Shown one piece after another: positions 11,743 through 24,390 of a stretch of 64,000 nucleotides of DNA. The notes beneath the pieces were generated by a model. It worked only from the letters and a program-made list of their open reading frames with translations. It was not told the DNA's origin and ran no database searches. Location of the stretch: positions 785,170-849,169 of the forward strand of contig MU062844.1 in NCBI GenBank assembly GCA_013265495.1. The letters are read 5' to 3'. Positions within the stretch are counted from its first letter, which is position 1. The number at the start of each line of letters is the position of its first letter. The stretch is from Vicugna vicugna. Taxonomy: Eukaryota. Position numbers and translations under genes: made by a program.

Positions 11743-12635
11743 ATGCATTCCTTTCAACTTCTTCTACAAGTATATCTCATGCTTATAATTAGGGGAAAAA
11801 AGTAAGATGACTATTTTAAAGAGATGAATTGTTAAAAGGAGGCCTGATGCAGAGGCACTTCGTCCAGCTTGGGAGGCAAAACGAAAACACTTAGGCCATT
11901 TCAGATACAAAACCATATAGTGACACATAATAAAGTACCTGTGAGGTGAAAGAACGGTGGGTGTTGTAAGAATCCTGATCATGGGGAGAGAAAGGGAGGC
12001 TGGTATTTTCCAGAAGGAGTAGGAAGAGAAGAAGGTGGGGTTTGCGAGGCAGCACGAGAAGGCACACGTTGGGCCAGCGATGCCGTCGTGGTTGACGCGC
12101 TGGCAGCCCCGGGGAACAGCTCACCTAGGTGTGGGAGGGACAGCCAGCACCTGAGCACCGTGATGGCCTGGGTCTCAGCTCTGCTCTGCAGCCAGACCTG
12201 CTTGCAGACAGGTGAGAGGACCCTGGGGGCTATTTCAGGCTTTCCACGTGGGGGTCACTTTCACAGAGGGCGTGGGGAGCCTCCGGTCCAGGGAGGTGGC
12301 TGTCTTGGCTCTCGGCCTGGCCTGCCTGTCACTGCACTCAGCCTTACGTAGTGTACCCAGCTCCGCTCTGCACCATGAAGAGGAGCAGGAAAGAAATGAG
12401 CCTCCCTTCTCGAGGCTGCTCTGTCCAGATCCCGAACTCAGGAGCACAGACACTTTGGAAATCCTGACTGTCAAAAATGAGAATATACTCAGAGTTACTA
12501 CTCCAAGCCCTTGGTCTAGGTATCGGCTGTGACCCACATTCAGAGATTGTGGACTATGCCACAGCTCCACTTTTCCTCCCAAGTCCTTCTAAGACCCAAG
12601 AAAGAATAATTCCCTTTTTTAGAAAACATGTTTTT

Positions 12636-12723
12636 TCCCTTAATGGAGGTACCAGGGGTTGAACCCAGAACCTCATGCAAGCCAAGCACGCACTCTACCA
12701 CTGAGCTATACCCACCCCTACTC
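12636..12723 (-). mobile_element. Camelid tRNA-Ala-derived SINE (vic-1 type), short tail
   Basis: Minus strand GGGGTGGGTATAGCTCAGTGGTAGAG...GGTTCAACCCCTGGTACCTCCA with A and B boxes. Near-perfect 14-bp TSD gaaaac(a/c)tgttttt. Confidence 0.85.
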
Positions 12724-12789
12724 GAAAACCTGTTTTTAGCAAGATTCAGTAAAGTGAGAATGATCCATTCTCCAGCAAGTCCAAGGAAG

Positions 12790-13170
12790 TAGGGGTCTCT
12801 AAGACCTGGATCCCAATTTATGCTTGTGATCTTGAACAAACTGTCACTTCTGTGTCTCAGTTGCCCCAACAATGAAAAGAGGGGACTCACCCCACTGCTG
12901 ACACCTGACTGGTAAAATGGGGACATTGACAGTACTTTCATGTGTGGCAGGTGTGAGAATAAAATGAGGTCGTGTAGGTAAAGCAAGCATAGGGCAAAAT
13001 GCCTGGCATCTGACAAGTATTCCATTCATGAGAGCTTTTGTTTGTTATCATTTTATAATCATTGCTGTCATTATTATTATTATTAGGTTGTAAGGACTAG
13101 AATTAGATCATGCGTGTAAAGCATCCATCGCAGTCTGGCACGCGGCGGGAGCACAGTAAGCGGTCGGTGT
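12790..13170 (+). mobile_element. Two MIR fragments
   Basis: gtgatcttgaacaaa...gtaaaatgggga...gcctggca, then gtaaggactagaattagatcatgcgtgtaaagc. Confidence 0.65.
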
Positions 13171-14754
13171 TGTCCTGCGGATGCAGAGAGGAAACGGTAA
13201 AATCTTCGGGGCCTTTCAAAGAAGAAAGCTAAAACAGTATTTCCAAGCAGAAATCTGTGGGCACACTTTAATGTGAAGATAAAACGCATTTCTAATTAGC
13301 ATCATTTACATATAAACAATTTATCTATCCAAGGCAAGAAAAGAGTTTGCTCTCAAGTGGATTAAGCCACCCCCACCCCATGCCCCAGTTCCCCTTTTTG
13401 CTACTCATTTGCTTGGCGAATGTTTCCTTCTGAGGCTGCAGCCAGGTCGACTTCAGCCCAAGCCAGAAAGGATTCAGAACTACAGGTATCAGGAGTGGTG
13501 GCTCCTGGGCCCACCTCACACTCACTTTCAGGCTGAATTACAAACTATCCTGCAGAAATGAAAAGCCTCTGTAGCTCTGGGTTCGGGATCTGAAGCCACC
13601 AAACTACTTTTTCCCCATGGGTGGTTGGTTCAGAACATTTAGTCTCCGGTCTTAAAGGAAACTTTTAAGAGACTCTACTTCGGGTCAGAAACTTGGGTAA
13701 ATGTTCAGTCTAGGAGATAGACCGCTCTGCATTTTCCTACATGTTTGGAATAGTGTATAAATAAAGAGGAAAAGAGAGAAAAGCAGGCTCAAGCCAGCCG
13801 GGCCACTGAGCTCAGTGACGCTGAAATCACAAAACCCTGCAGTCAGAAGGGGTCTCAGCAGGCCCCTCATTTTTGAGGTTTTTTTTCCTATTATTTGAAA
13901 ATGTTGCAGTTAACATCGGTCCAAGCCCTGCTTTTCTGCAAGTCACAGAGGATGCACAAAACTTCCTTTACAGTTTCAGGTGCAGCTCTGGCCTTTCCTT
14001 CCTGCCCAGGTACCGACTTCCTTATTCTTTTTCCTTTCCCACCATCCAGCCAGGGGTCTTGGGAGTGCATGAGGACTCCCACTGAATCAGGCGTCTAATT
14101 AAGGAGAGGGGTTTCCAGGATCCTGCAGAAAGGAAGGGCCCTTCTCTGGGATCCCAGAAGAACAAAAAGAGCCCTGAGTGGAGACTTGAGACACTGGTCC
14201 TAGATCTGGCTCCACCGTGAACCCAGTCTCTCTGGTTCTCAGCTCCCCTGCCAGTAAGAAATGGGAAAAATAAGGAATCATCCCCACGTGCCTCCTTTAA
14301 AGGACTGTTTCAAGTGAAACAATGGACATAGACACTCAAAGGCCACCTCAACCCTGGCTACATGTTAGCACCATGTATAAAGTTCGGATGCCTAGACCCC
14401 ACCCCTGAACAAGCAATTCAGAGAACCTCCTGGGGATGTAAAGTGTGTGCAGGAGTGGGAGCCACAGGGCAAGAGAAAGAGGACATAGTGGAGAAGCAGT
14501 GAGTGCATCTCAAGGAATGTTAGCTACTCAGAGTGTGGCCCATGGACCTGTCTGTTATGGGTCCATGACAAGGGGAACAGAAACTGAGAATTAAGCATCT
14601 AGAAACATTTACAGCCACTTGGCACTGCTGGAATGTCCAAATATAAAATCATTTTTCCAGTAATTATTTTTACTGTATTTTACAAAAGTATCTGACAATG
14701 AAAAATCAGTAATTAAAAAAAAAAGTGGATCCCACCACTGCTGTTGTTTTTAGA

Positions 14755-15310
14755 AGCACTGATGTAGTGGAGAGGGACCAGCCTTGAAGTCAGGTGACCC
14801 TCCATCCAGGCCTGGGCTCTGTCCGTCACTCACTGCATGCAATTCCATGCTCACTGAGGCTCTTCCAGTTCAGTTTCCTCATCTGGAAGATGGGAATCCT
14901 CATACCTGCCTTGCATTATTTTCCCAACAAATCCAGAAGTCAAGTATGTAGAAAGCACCTTTCACAGTACAGGTGAATACAAAATTGAAGGTTTGTATAT
15001 TATGATTTCAGTACAAGGTGGGAGCTTAATGCATAGGGCACACAGACAGTAGGTGTCCAATTAATATAAGATTAGAGTTTTCCTTATTGAGTTTCTGAAT
15101 AACCAAGGAGAACAGGGAACCAAGAGATCAAATGTGCTTACTAGCTATTTGATTTAAGGCCAATTAATTAAGTGTTCCAGTCCTCAGCTGCAAAATGAGG
15201 GTAAATAATTATTGTGTAACCTATGACGCTGTAAGAATGAAATAAAATTAAGTACATATAAAGTACCACGCATGGTGCTTGGCCCCTGTAAGTGTTCAGT
15301 AAATAGAATT
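14755..15310 (+). mobile_element. MIR cluster (2-3 fragments)
   Basis: cagtttcctcatctggaagatggga and cagtcctcagctgcaaaatgagggtaa cores. Confidence 0.7.
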
Positions 15311-15789
15311 ATTTTCCTATAATCATCATCCTCATTATTATCCTTGCTACTCCCCTGCCAGGTGTAGCAGGGATCCTAACTGTGTCAGCCTCAGCGCAGA
15401 GGGCCACAGCTGCAGAGTCTGGCCCTGTCACTGAGCTGCCGTAGGTCTTGTCAGGCCCCCTGCACTTCTGCTGCCTGTGCTCGACGCTGTTACATCCCAT
15501 GGGCTTCTCCCTCTTACTTCTGAGTATGTGCTAAACAGCTTACCAAGCATTTTCAGACTCATTAACATCTAATCAGTCCTAACTGGCTGTGATTCAGCAG
15601 ACTGGCCTCTGGGAGAAGTCCTTGCAGGGGCCAGGTGGCTACCAGAATCCCCACAAAAGCATACCTATGGCCTTTGGGGACCAGCCACTGAGTGGGTGGG
15701 AGAAAGGGGGCCAGAGTTGGGTCCTTTAAGAAATCTGTGCCTTCCCAGCTCTAAGTAGGCATTGAATAGTGGATTGCGTGAAGAGATTG

Positions 15790-16120
15790 ATCAAGCATGA
15801 ATCCATTTATGATCTGACATATTATTGAGCATCTACTATATTTCAGGCACTGCGCTGGGTGCTGGAGATAATCTTCACTGAGCTTAGTCTTGTGGGGGAG
15901 GTACACCAAAAAGCAAGTCAACAGGCTCATTAAAACAATGGTCAACATTTACTGAGCACTTACTGTGTGTCAGGCTCTGCCCTCCTGGAAGCCCTTCTGG
16001 ATGGCCCTATGAGGTAAGATCTATTATTATCACCATTTTAAAGAAGAGGTAAACAAGGTGCATAAAGCTGGCCCAGTATCCCAGAAGTTGGTCAGTGGTG
16101 AAGCCAGGGCTCTCACCTCA
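15790..16120 (-). mobile_element. L2 3' end followed by MIR
   Basis: attattgagcatctactatatttcaggcactg; acatttactgagcacttactgtgtgtcaggc...cccattttaaaga-like MIR core. Confidence 0.7.
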
Positions 16121-16859
16121 TAAATCTGCAGTAGAACGAACAACCACCAGACACTGAGAGGGTAGATTCCAACTGAATTCTCCCAGGCTAACCTTCTACC
16201 ACATTACAGTAAACAAACAAAATGATGACCAGCTGCTCCGGGTATTCCGGTTGCATTGCAAAGCTAGAGAATGAGGCATTTCTGAATCAGGAGTAATTCA
16301 GCCAACTAAGGCACTGGCTCCATAAACACCACCAGAAGCCAAGTAGAATGTATTGGACAGATACCACACAGTCGATTTGCAATTTTCTGTAGTGTTTGTG
16401 TCTGTGCGTACCTGGGTACATGAAAAGCATGGTTTTCATAGCGACTCTCTGAAGTCGGTATTATGATTACAACTTTATAGATGAGAAACTAAGGCTGAGA
16501 TTTCCTTAGTGGTCCGGCACAAATCTTAAAGCCAGTAAGGGGGCACCCCAGGAACCGAACACCAGCATGAGCCTGTGTCCTACTATTACCACTGACGGTG
16601 AGACTGGAAAAGTCCTCAGTGACTACTGATGAACGAAGTAGGTATGGCAGAATTAAACCTCCAGAAAGAGCCTCTGTTTTGCCCTGATTCAATGACCTCT
16701 CATGAGATGAAAGTTTTCAGTGTCTGTTGATATAAATGGGCATTCATGTCTTGTTAGTTGGGCCTGCAGACAGAAATAATACAAGTGGTAACAGACCCAC
16801 TCATTTCCAAAGGGATCTTCAACATACGGTGTCTCTGTTACTCCCCCAGTGGCCCTGGG

Positions 16860-17110
16860 AAGTGGGCACTGGTGCCATTTTACATACAAAGAAAATGAGA
16901 TCGCTGAACAGTGATGACACGTATTTATGAAACATTTGCTTTATGCCAGGTGTTTCGCACTTTATGCCATTTAATCCACTCGTGCGATGCTGTCATGCTG
17001 CCCATTGTTCAGAAGAACAGGCTGGGGCTCAGAGAGGTTAAATGACTCACCCAAGGTCATAGCTCTGGTCATCAGAGCCAGAATTTGAATACAAACACCT
17101 GCTCTTAACC
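16860..17110 (-). mobile_element. MIR
   Basis: ggggctcagagaggttaaatgactcacccaaggtcatagct. Confidence 0.8.
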
Positions 17111-17689
17111 ACCATCACATCCAGCTTCTCCCCAGGACACACAAGGGCTCAAATCAAGCCCATCAGACTCCCACCAGATATCTGCCCATTCACGCGGACT
17201 TGTGGCTCATTCTAGACTCTTGTGAAGACCTTTCTGATGCCATACACAGTTCTAAGCAAAGATGTGTTTTGGACTCAGGGAGCCTGTGTCCTCACTGCCT
17301 CTTCTCTGTCTCCTATTGCCTGCTGGAAATCACACAGTATACCATGGTGCGCCTGACTTTCAGACTCAGATCTTGCAATCCTATTCAAGTCACAGAGTTG
17401 GAGTGATATTAAGATGAGAGTATTAGACAGCAGTGGGAAGGCCCGTGTTCAAGCATAGCCCCCTACTCCTCCCTCACTGAAGGCAGGCCCAGTAGCTCCC
17501 CACTGCTTAGTAATTATTTTATGTCAAGTAAGCATCACTGAGCGGCATGAAAGACCACTTGTAGACATGGAATGAATAGCTCTTTGGTTGGCTGGTTGCT
17601 CATTTTTTTTGAGGAAATGAAATAAGCTTTGAACGCAAACACAGTCTCCCACAAAATAATCCAAGAATGAATGAGAAGGGGGGACAGTT

Positions 17690-17875
17690 GAAGTGGAGAG
17701 AGGCTGGGGAGACCGAGGGATACAGCTGGGGAAGGATCCCAGAGGAGGAAAGAAGACGAGGGGAGAAGGGTAGACAGAGAAACGAAAAGGGAGGAGATGG
17801 AGAGGAGAAGAGAGGAGAGAGTGGAGGGGGAAACTGATAGACGTGGTGGAGAGACTAGAGGGACTAACAAGGAAA
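17690..17875 (+). repeat. Polypurine (GA-rich) low-complexity tract
   Basis: About 185 bp dominated by G and A. Confidence 0.8.
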
Positions 17876-19314
17876 GGTAATTATTAGCAGTGCAGCTGAA
17901 TCATAAAACTTTCATGTTTATGGAAAACGCGTGGCTCCAGGGTTTAACCAAAGGCGTGATGTCTCAAACTTGCCAGATTGAGGAAGCAGCAGGACTTCTG
18001 GAATGTGTTAAAGTAAAGAGGGCAGGCGCGCCGTCTAATTTGACTCCAGGAAAACAATTTGCCCCAGGGGTGAAAATAAAGAGTAGCCTCTTGCACAGGG
18101 TCCACCCAAGGGTAGTGACAAGAGCTGTCCCCCCAGGGGAGTCACTGCAGTGAGAGGCAGGCTAGAGGATGCAACGGCTCACAGGTGGAGATACAGCGTT
18201 GCTTCAGAGAAGTCTTGCTGCAAACCCTGGAGACTTCCAGACTAGGGCTTTGGACAGAGTTGCAATGACGTTATGTATCTGAGGCAGTGGAAGTTTCCTC
18301 CAACGGAAAAAGGGAGGCAAGTGGCTTGAACAAGGCAGGCAAAGCAAGCTTGGCAGCCGGAGTCCTGGAGTCAAACCCAAGGCAACCTCTCCAACTCGCA
18401 CAGCACTGTCTGGCTGCACATCATCACTGTGCTCAGTCCAACCTTCTTCCTGGTTATAGAAGCTCTGTACGCCACCATAGAAAACACATGCAAAGGCAGA
18501 AGATGCAGAGAAGTCTTCCAGAACCCCCCACCAGGCAGCAACCCCTAGGACACATGACTGCCTGGTTCAAATTCAGACTTAGGTTCTCATTACTTGAATG
18601 AGTTGGGGCAATTCACTTCACCTTCCTGAACCTCATTGGCATGACAGAAGTAACAAAATGCGAAAAAAATAAAATAAAATCCTTGATGTACTGTCCAGCC
18701 TGCACAGGAAGCTATTGCTATTACTTATTATTGTTATTTGGGTCGATTTCATTGATATGTTTTTCTTTTCTCTGCATTTGAATGTGTTCTATGCAATGCA
18801 CCTGACATAGCCAGAAGAATTTTTCCAGGCTGTTTAGAAAAAAAAAAGAACTTCCTAAATTCAATCTTCAGATCATCATATCACTTGCCCTCTGAACCAA
18901 AAAGAGCATTAGGACCCGTCTCTGACTCTCCATTTCTATCACCGGAAGAACCTGGAGATGCTTCACTAGGAGGGACTGCAGGGAACACAGACAGCAGAGC
19001 ACCCGCAGCAGACATGATCCATGACAGCTCTTAACAAGAGAAAACACCACAAACTCCACTCCATCAGAGCCATGCAAACAGGAACCACATCTATTTTTCT
19101 CCCTCTTCCCTCTGCCCACAAAAAAGTGGGGGAACTGTGAAAGCAGTTCCTTTCAGATTCTTCATGTCAGCTGGAGGAATCTCCAGACGTTTGCACATGC
19201 AGTCCCTCACTTACAATGCTTTTCCTCAAGTTCCTGGTGAGATCACACCCTCTCCTGCATGACCTGTCTGTTCTCAAATGGTTCCTTCTCAATGAAGCCT
19301 TTCGATGCTCTATT

Positions 19315-19534
19315 NNNNNNNNNNNNNNNNNNNNNNNNNNNNNNNNNNNNNNNNNNNNNNNNNNNNNNNNNNNNNNNNNNNNNNNNNNNNNNNNNNNNNN
19401 NNNNNNNNNNNNNNNNNNNNNNNNNNNNNNNNNNNNNNNNNNNNNNNNNNNNNNNNNNNNNNNNNNNNNNNNNNNNNNNNNNNNNNNNNNNNNNNNNNNN
19501 NNNNNNNNNNNNNNNNNNNNNNNNNNNNNNNNNN
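19315..19534. other. Assembly gap (220 N)
   Basis: Run of N. Confidence 1.
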
Positions 19535-19925
19535 ACTAAATGAAGTAAGCCAGACAGAGAAAGACAAATATCATATGATATCACTTATATGTGGAATCTG
19601 AAAAAAGATGCAAATGAACTTATTTACAAAAGAGAAACAGACTCACAGAGAGAGAAAACAAACTCATGGTTACCAAAGGGGAAGTCGAGCGGATAAATTA
19701 GGAATTTGAGATTAGCAAATACAAACTACTATATATAAAATAGATAAACAACAAGGTCCTGCTGTATAACACAGGGAACTATATTCAATATCTTGTAATA
19801 ACCTATAATAAAAAAGAATATGAAAAAGAATATATATAACACATATATATATAACTGAATCACTGTGCTGTACACCAGAAAATAACACAACATTGTAAAT
19901 CAACTATATTTCAATTAAAAAATTA
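19535..19925 (+). mobile_element. L1 ORF2 tip plus 3' UTR (cetartiodactyl type)
   Basis: Encodes LNEVSQTEKDKYHMISLICGI* (L1 ORF2 C-terminus), followed by a typical 3' UTR ending tcaattaaaaaaa. Confidence 0.9.
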
Positions 19926-20389
19926 GGAAAAAACTAGAACCTCATCGCACCACCACTCACTCCATCTCTTTTGCCCTTCCCTGCTCTGTTCCTGGAAGTG
20001 CTCAAGTTCCGGTGGGGGCTGGCCCAATGCTTGTCACATCTACACAGCTTTCCCCAGAGAAGCGCAGATGGTTGGGATCTTATTACTACAGGATGTGCTG
20101 ATTTTTCTGGCTTTCTGTGGGGTTGCTGTAAAGCCATCATCATCATTGGTGACGGGCATTTGTCCTCTGCACGCCCCAGGCCACACCTGTGGTGAGCACT
20201 GCGGTACATAGTGTCACTCCTCCCAACAACTTTATGAGGCCTGTACGATTGCTACACCCACTTCAGAGAAAACTGAGGCAAGGTGTTTAATTAAATTCCC
20301 CAAAGTTTCATAGTCAATAAGTGGCAGAGTGGTGATTCAAACCCAGGCATCCAGCATAGAGAGAAAAGAGATGATGGCTATCTGTCCAA

Positions 20390-20691
20390 AGTAAACATGG
20401 TGCTGTCACTGGGAGGCAGCTGCCCAGCCAGGGGCTACATTTCCTAGCATCCCTTGCTGGGTGTGGCCATGTGACTAGTTCTAACCAATAGGACGTGAGC
20501 TAGCATTTTTAGGTGGTGAGACTCTTCTCTCCTTCCCACCTCCACCTCCACTGGCTGGCTGTAGAACCCTCCAGAGGATGGCAGAGCCACAGACGGCAGG
20601 GACTGGGTCTTTCTTTGCCCCACAATGAAAAGCTGCTTGCTGATCTGCTTTGGACCATTGAGTGAGGGAGAAATAAGCTTCACTGTTAAAC
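20390..20691 (+). mobile_element. MLT1I/J-like LTR, interrupted by MER58A
   Basis: gctacatttcctagcatccctt...gtgtggccatgtgactagttctaaccaatagga; the LTR appears to resume at 20908-20955. Confidence 0.65.
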
Positions 20692-20907
20692 CAGAGGTCA
20701 GCAAACTTTTCTGGACAGCAAATGTGTTTAGCTATACAGTTCATACAATGTCTTTCACAACGACCCAACTCTGCCTTTGGAGCATGAAAGTTTCCTTAGG
20801 CAATCTGTAAACAAACGTGTGTAGCTGTGTTCCAATAAAACTTTATTTACAAATTAAACAGACAGCAAGCCAGACTTGGCCCTCGGGCTGTAGTCTGGCA
20901 AACCTTG
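20692..20907 (+). mobile_element. MER58A (hAT-Charlie)
   Basis: cagaggtcagcaaac...gtgttccaataaaactttatttacaaa...caaaccttg. Confidence 0.85.
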
Positions 20908-22479
20908 CATTAAATTGTTGAAATCAGGGGCAGTGGAGTATCTGTCATTGCAGCTAATGTTAATCAGGCAATATGGGAGATGGGAAAGAGGAACGATGAC
21001 AAACAGTCCTCATTAGTACCCCCCTCACCCATGATCGTACACACAAAGGGATCTCCCTGTCCCAACCCCATCTTTCCTCCCCAAAGCCGGAGCAAGCCCT
21101 GAATCCAGACCCCAGGCTCCACTGCCTGCGGAAAATCAGAAGGGGGGGTGTCCCGGAAGAGAACACTCTTATTTCCAAGCTTAACTGAACATCTTCCCAA
21201 AGGCTGCAGTCGTGTAGATTCAAATAAAAAACAGCATTTTAAAAAGAGGACAGAAATGCTGAATAAAACATTAAATAGAAAAACCCAATGCAGCACTTAA
21301 AACTTAATGCCCCAACATTTATTTTGGGGATGAAGCATGTGTCTCACCTCATCTGTGATTAAAAGTTTCCCTCCCTTATTCGTGCAATGGCTTTTTTGTT
21401 GTTTGCCTAATGCAGCCGTTCAAAGCAGAAATTCCATGGAGGCTGCAGGGTCCGAGGGGTTTACTGCTGGTGGGGGAAACAGAGTGCGGGCAAAGTGCTC
21501 TGCCCAGCTGCCCCCGGACGAGAGGAAACCATTTCAGAGACTTTCCAAGTCATCATCACATTCTTGGCGGAATTTTTTTTAACCATTAAATGTTGTCAAT
21601 GGCATTTCTCTTGTCATTCAATATTATGGTCAGTTCTGGCAGAAAATATAATAGACACATTCTGGGTTTCCCTCCCCCTTCTCTGCTCCAGACAGTGATG
21701 TGATTGCGTTAGCAGCATCTTTACAACTGAGATTCTGCCTCTGGGAGGCACGAGGTGGTGTGGCCGTCTCTCTTTCCAGCCATGTGCTCAGGCCTTGCCA
21801 TGGCCATGGGGGGAGGGTACCAAATTTGGTCTCCTGCCCTGGAGAATTGAGCTGGCACCTGGAAATCCACACATCCTGGGAAGGTCCCGCACAGGACCTG
21901 GCATTTTCAGACAGAAAGGTTTTGCTGTGGGTACTTTCAACTTGCATTCTGTCTGAAGCGCAAGACTTTTTTTCTTTTCTACTTCTATGAATCACAAAGG
22001 GGCCTCTCCCATCTTTCCCTTCTTTCTAGCCTTCTCTCTCCTCTTCCTTTCCTGAATCTCTGCTGTCAGGCCAAAAGACATTATTTAGAAACTTAAGTGC
22101 AGGGTGATCATCTATTAACTCAGCAAGCAGTTACTGACATCTGCAATCTCAGATACTGTTTAAGCCTCAGGAGATGCAGCAGTGAGCAAAACACAGTCGC
22201 TGCTGTCAAGGTGTGTACATCCTAGCAAGAAAAACAATAAACAAATTTATGATTTGTCACCAAAAAAAATTCTTTAAGTAAAGCCTCTTTGGTTTTATGT
22301 CTCATGTGTCCTTCTAGGGTGGGCTCTGCCAAAATGGCTGCCTCCATAAAAATATGCTAACATGCATGAAGCCAAGGAGGCATGTGAACTTGGGGAAGTG
22401 GTTTGGGACCCTGGAACTGGAGGGGAAAAGGCTTAGACTGGATTCCTTCTGCCACTCAGTTCTCATCATTTTCCTGCTT

Positions 22480-23120
22480 TCCAGCTTCCAGTGGCCTCTA
22501 ATCACTCCCTGAATAAAGCCTGAATTCTCAATGTGGCCTTCAAGACCCCACAGGATCTGCCTCTGCTACTTCTCTGAATATATCATCTGTTCTTTCTCCC
22601 TGGTCCATTGGCTTCTCTTCTGTTCTTTAAAGACACAGAGCCTCTTCCCACCTCAGGGCCTTTGCACTTGCTGTGCCCTCCATCTGATTGCTCTTCCCCT
22701 AGATATTCACGTGGCTGCCACCCTCACTTCAAGAGATCTTTCCTATCTAAACGTGCCCCACTGCTATGAACTGTATGCCCCCTCAAATTCATGTGTTAAA
22801 ATCCCAACCTCCAATGTGATGATATTAGAGGTGGGGCTCTCTCCTCGACAGGAGGACACAGCAAGAGGATGACCACCTGCAAGTCAAGAAGAGGGTCCTC
22901 CAGGAACCCAATCTGCTGACACTTCGATCTTGGACTTCCCGGCCTTCGGAACAGTTGGAAACAAGTGTTTGCTGTTTAAGTCACCAGGTCTATGGTAATT
23001 TGTTACAGCAGCCCCGGTGGACTAAGACACCTGCTCTCAGCGTTTGTTCCCAGTCCACACTGCTCCCTGACACAGTCTACTTGCACCTGCTTGTCTCTGC
23101 CTTCTCCCTCCGCCAGAGCA
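22480..23120 (+). mobile_element. L2 3' region split by an MLT1A LTR
   Basis: cagggcctttgcacttgctgtgccctc before the LTR; L2 tail motifs continue after 23030. Confidence 0.7.
22762..23029 (+). mobile_element. MLT1A-like solo LTR, internally deleted
   Basis: TGCTATG...GACTAAGACA termini and ccccctcaaattcatgtgttaaaatcc. Confidence 0.85.
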
Positions 23121-23269
23121 CCAGCTCTCTCAGGCTGATCTGCAGAATGATAAATGCCACCCAGCAGCTGTAACTCACTGTACCCATCCTGCTCCCCTCC
23201 AGTTGGCTTTCCATGTGGCCGTCAGGGCAGGTTTCTGGAAGACGCTCCCCACCCACCTCCACCATGCTT

Positions 23270-23790
23270 TGTAAATCTTCAGTGGTTTCTCTCTGATCCT
23301 AAAGATGCAGCTCCCCAACGTGGCCTGCAAGTCCCTGCATGCTCTCACACCTGCCCACCTTCATCCTCACCCTCCAACCTCCAGAGTCCCCAGCATTTGT
23401 TCAGCCTTTACATTTGCTCCAATCCCTTGTGCCACAGAACCTCTGCCCAGGCTGTTCCTACCTCCCAGAACACTCTTTGCTCTCCACCCAGTCATCCCCT
23501 CCGAGTCTCATCCCAGTTTCAGTCCACAACTCAGGCAACCGTCTCTGGCCTCCCCGAGTGGGTCAAGCCCCCAGGATCTGCTCTCACGGTGCCTTGTGGT
23601 TTCCGAGTACTTATTAGAGGGTACTGGATATTCATGTGGGTGACACTTTCTTCATCTCTGCCTCTCCCCTTTCAGACTATATGCTCCAGGGGAGCAGAGA
23701 AAGCATAGTTCTTACTCCTATCTTTACTCTCAGAGCCTACCACATAGTAGGCATTCAAGAAGTACATGAACGAATAACTGAAGGAACATG
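23270..23790 (+). mobile_element. L2 3' end
   Basis: cctctgcccaggctgttcctacctcccagaacac...ccacatagtaggcattcaagaagtacatgaacgaa. Confidence 0.75.
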
Positions 23791-24029
23791 ACTTTTAAAT
23801 AAGCTACTTAAAGTTTGCTGAGCCTTGGGCAGTAATAGCTACATCATAGAGATGGGAGGCCTCCAGGAGATAAATTATGACAATGCTTTGCAAATAGAAA
23901 TGGGCACAATTTGTACACATTAAGTGAATATTTGAAGACTCGGGCCCTCCCACCTTTGGGTCTCTCATCTGATCCATTGAATTTGAAACGTTCCACAGAC
24001 ACTTTAATCCAGATACCACATCTGCTGGG

Positions 24030-24390
24030 TTTCCTCAGTAGCCTTTTGTACTATTAAAAGTCAGTATCTCACAGGCTCTTCTCACCAAACCAGCAAGTGG
24101 GGCATTTATTGTGTGTTTTAAGTGCTTTACATAAATGAACACATTCAGCCCTGGAAACCTATTACCCCTGTTGTACAGATGGGTAAACTGAGGCACAGGG
24201 GAGCAAGAGGACTTTCCAACAGACACAGCTAGATAGTAGTGGACTCCAGGCACTCTAACTCCCATATGCATTCTGAACCACCATTCAGAAGGGATAGAAC
24301 CACATGCAAATGACAAATGAGGAAACTGAGGCCCAGAGAGAGACAGTCATATGTTCTGCCTGACTCTCAGCTGTAACTCCAGACACAAGG
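24030..24390 (-). mobile_element. Two MIR fragments
   Basis: gtacagatgggtaaactgaggcacag and gaggaaactgaggcccagagag. Confidence 0.75.

Noticed and set aside
23154-23708. 184-aa ORF
   Set aside because: It lies almost entirely within an L2 3' end. It is Pro/Ser-rich, as expected from C-rich repeat DNA, and shows no domain.
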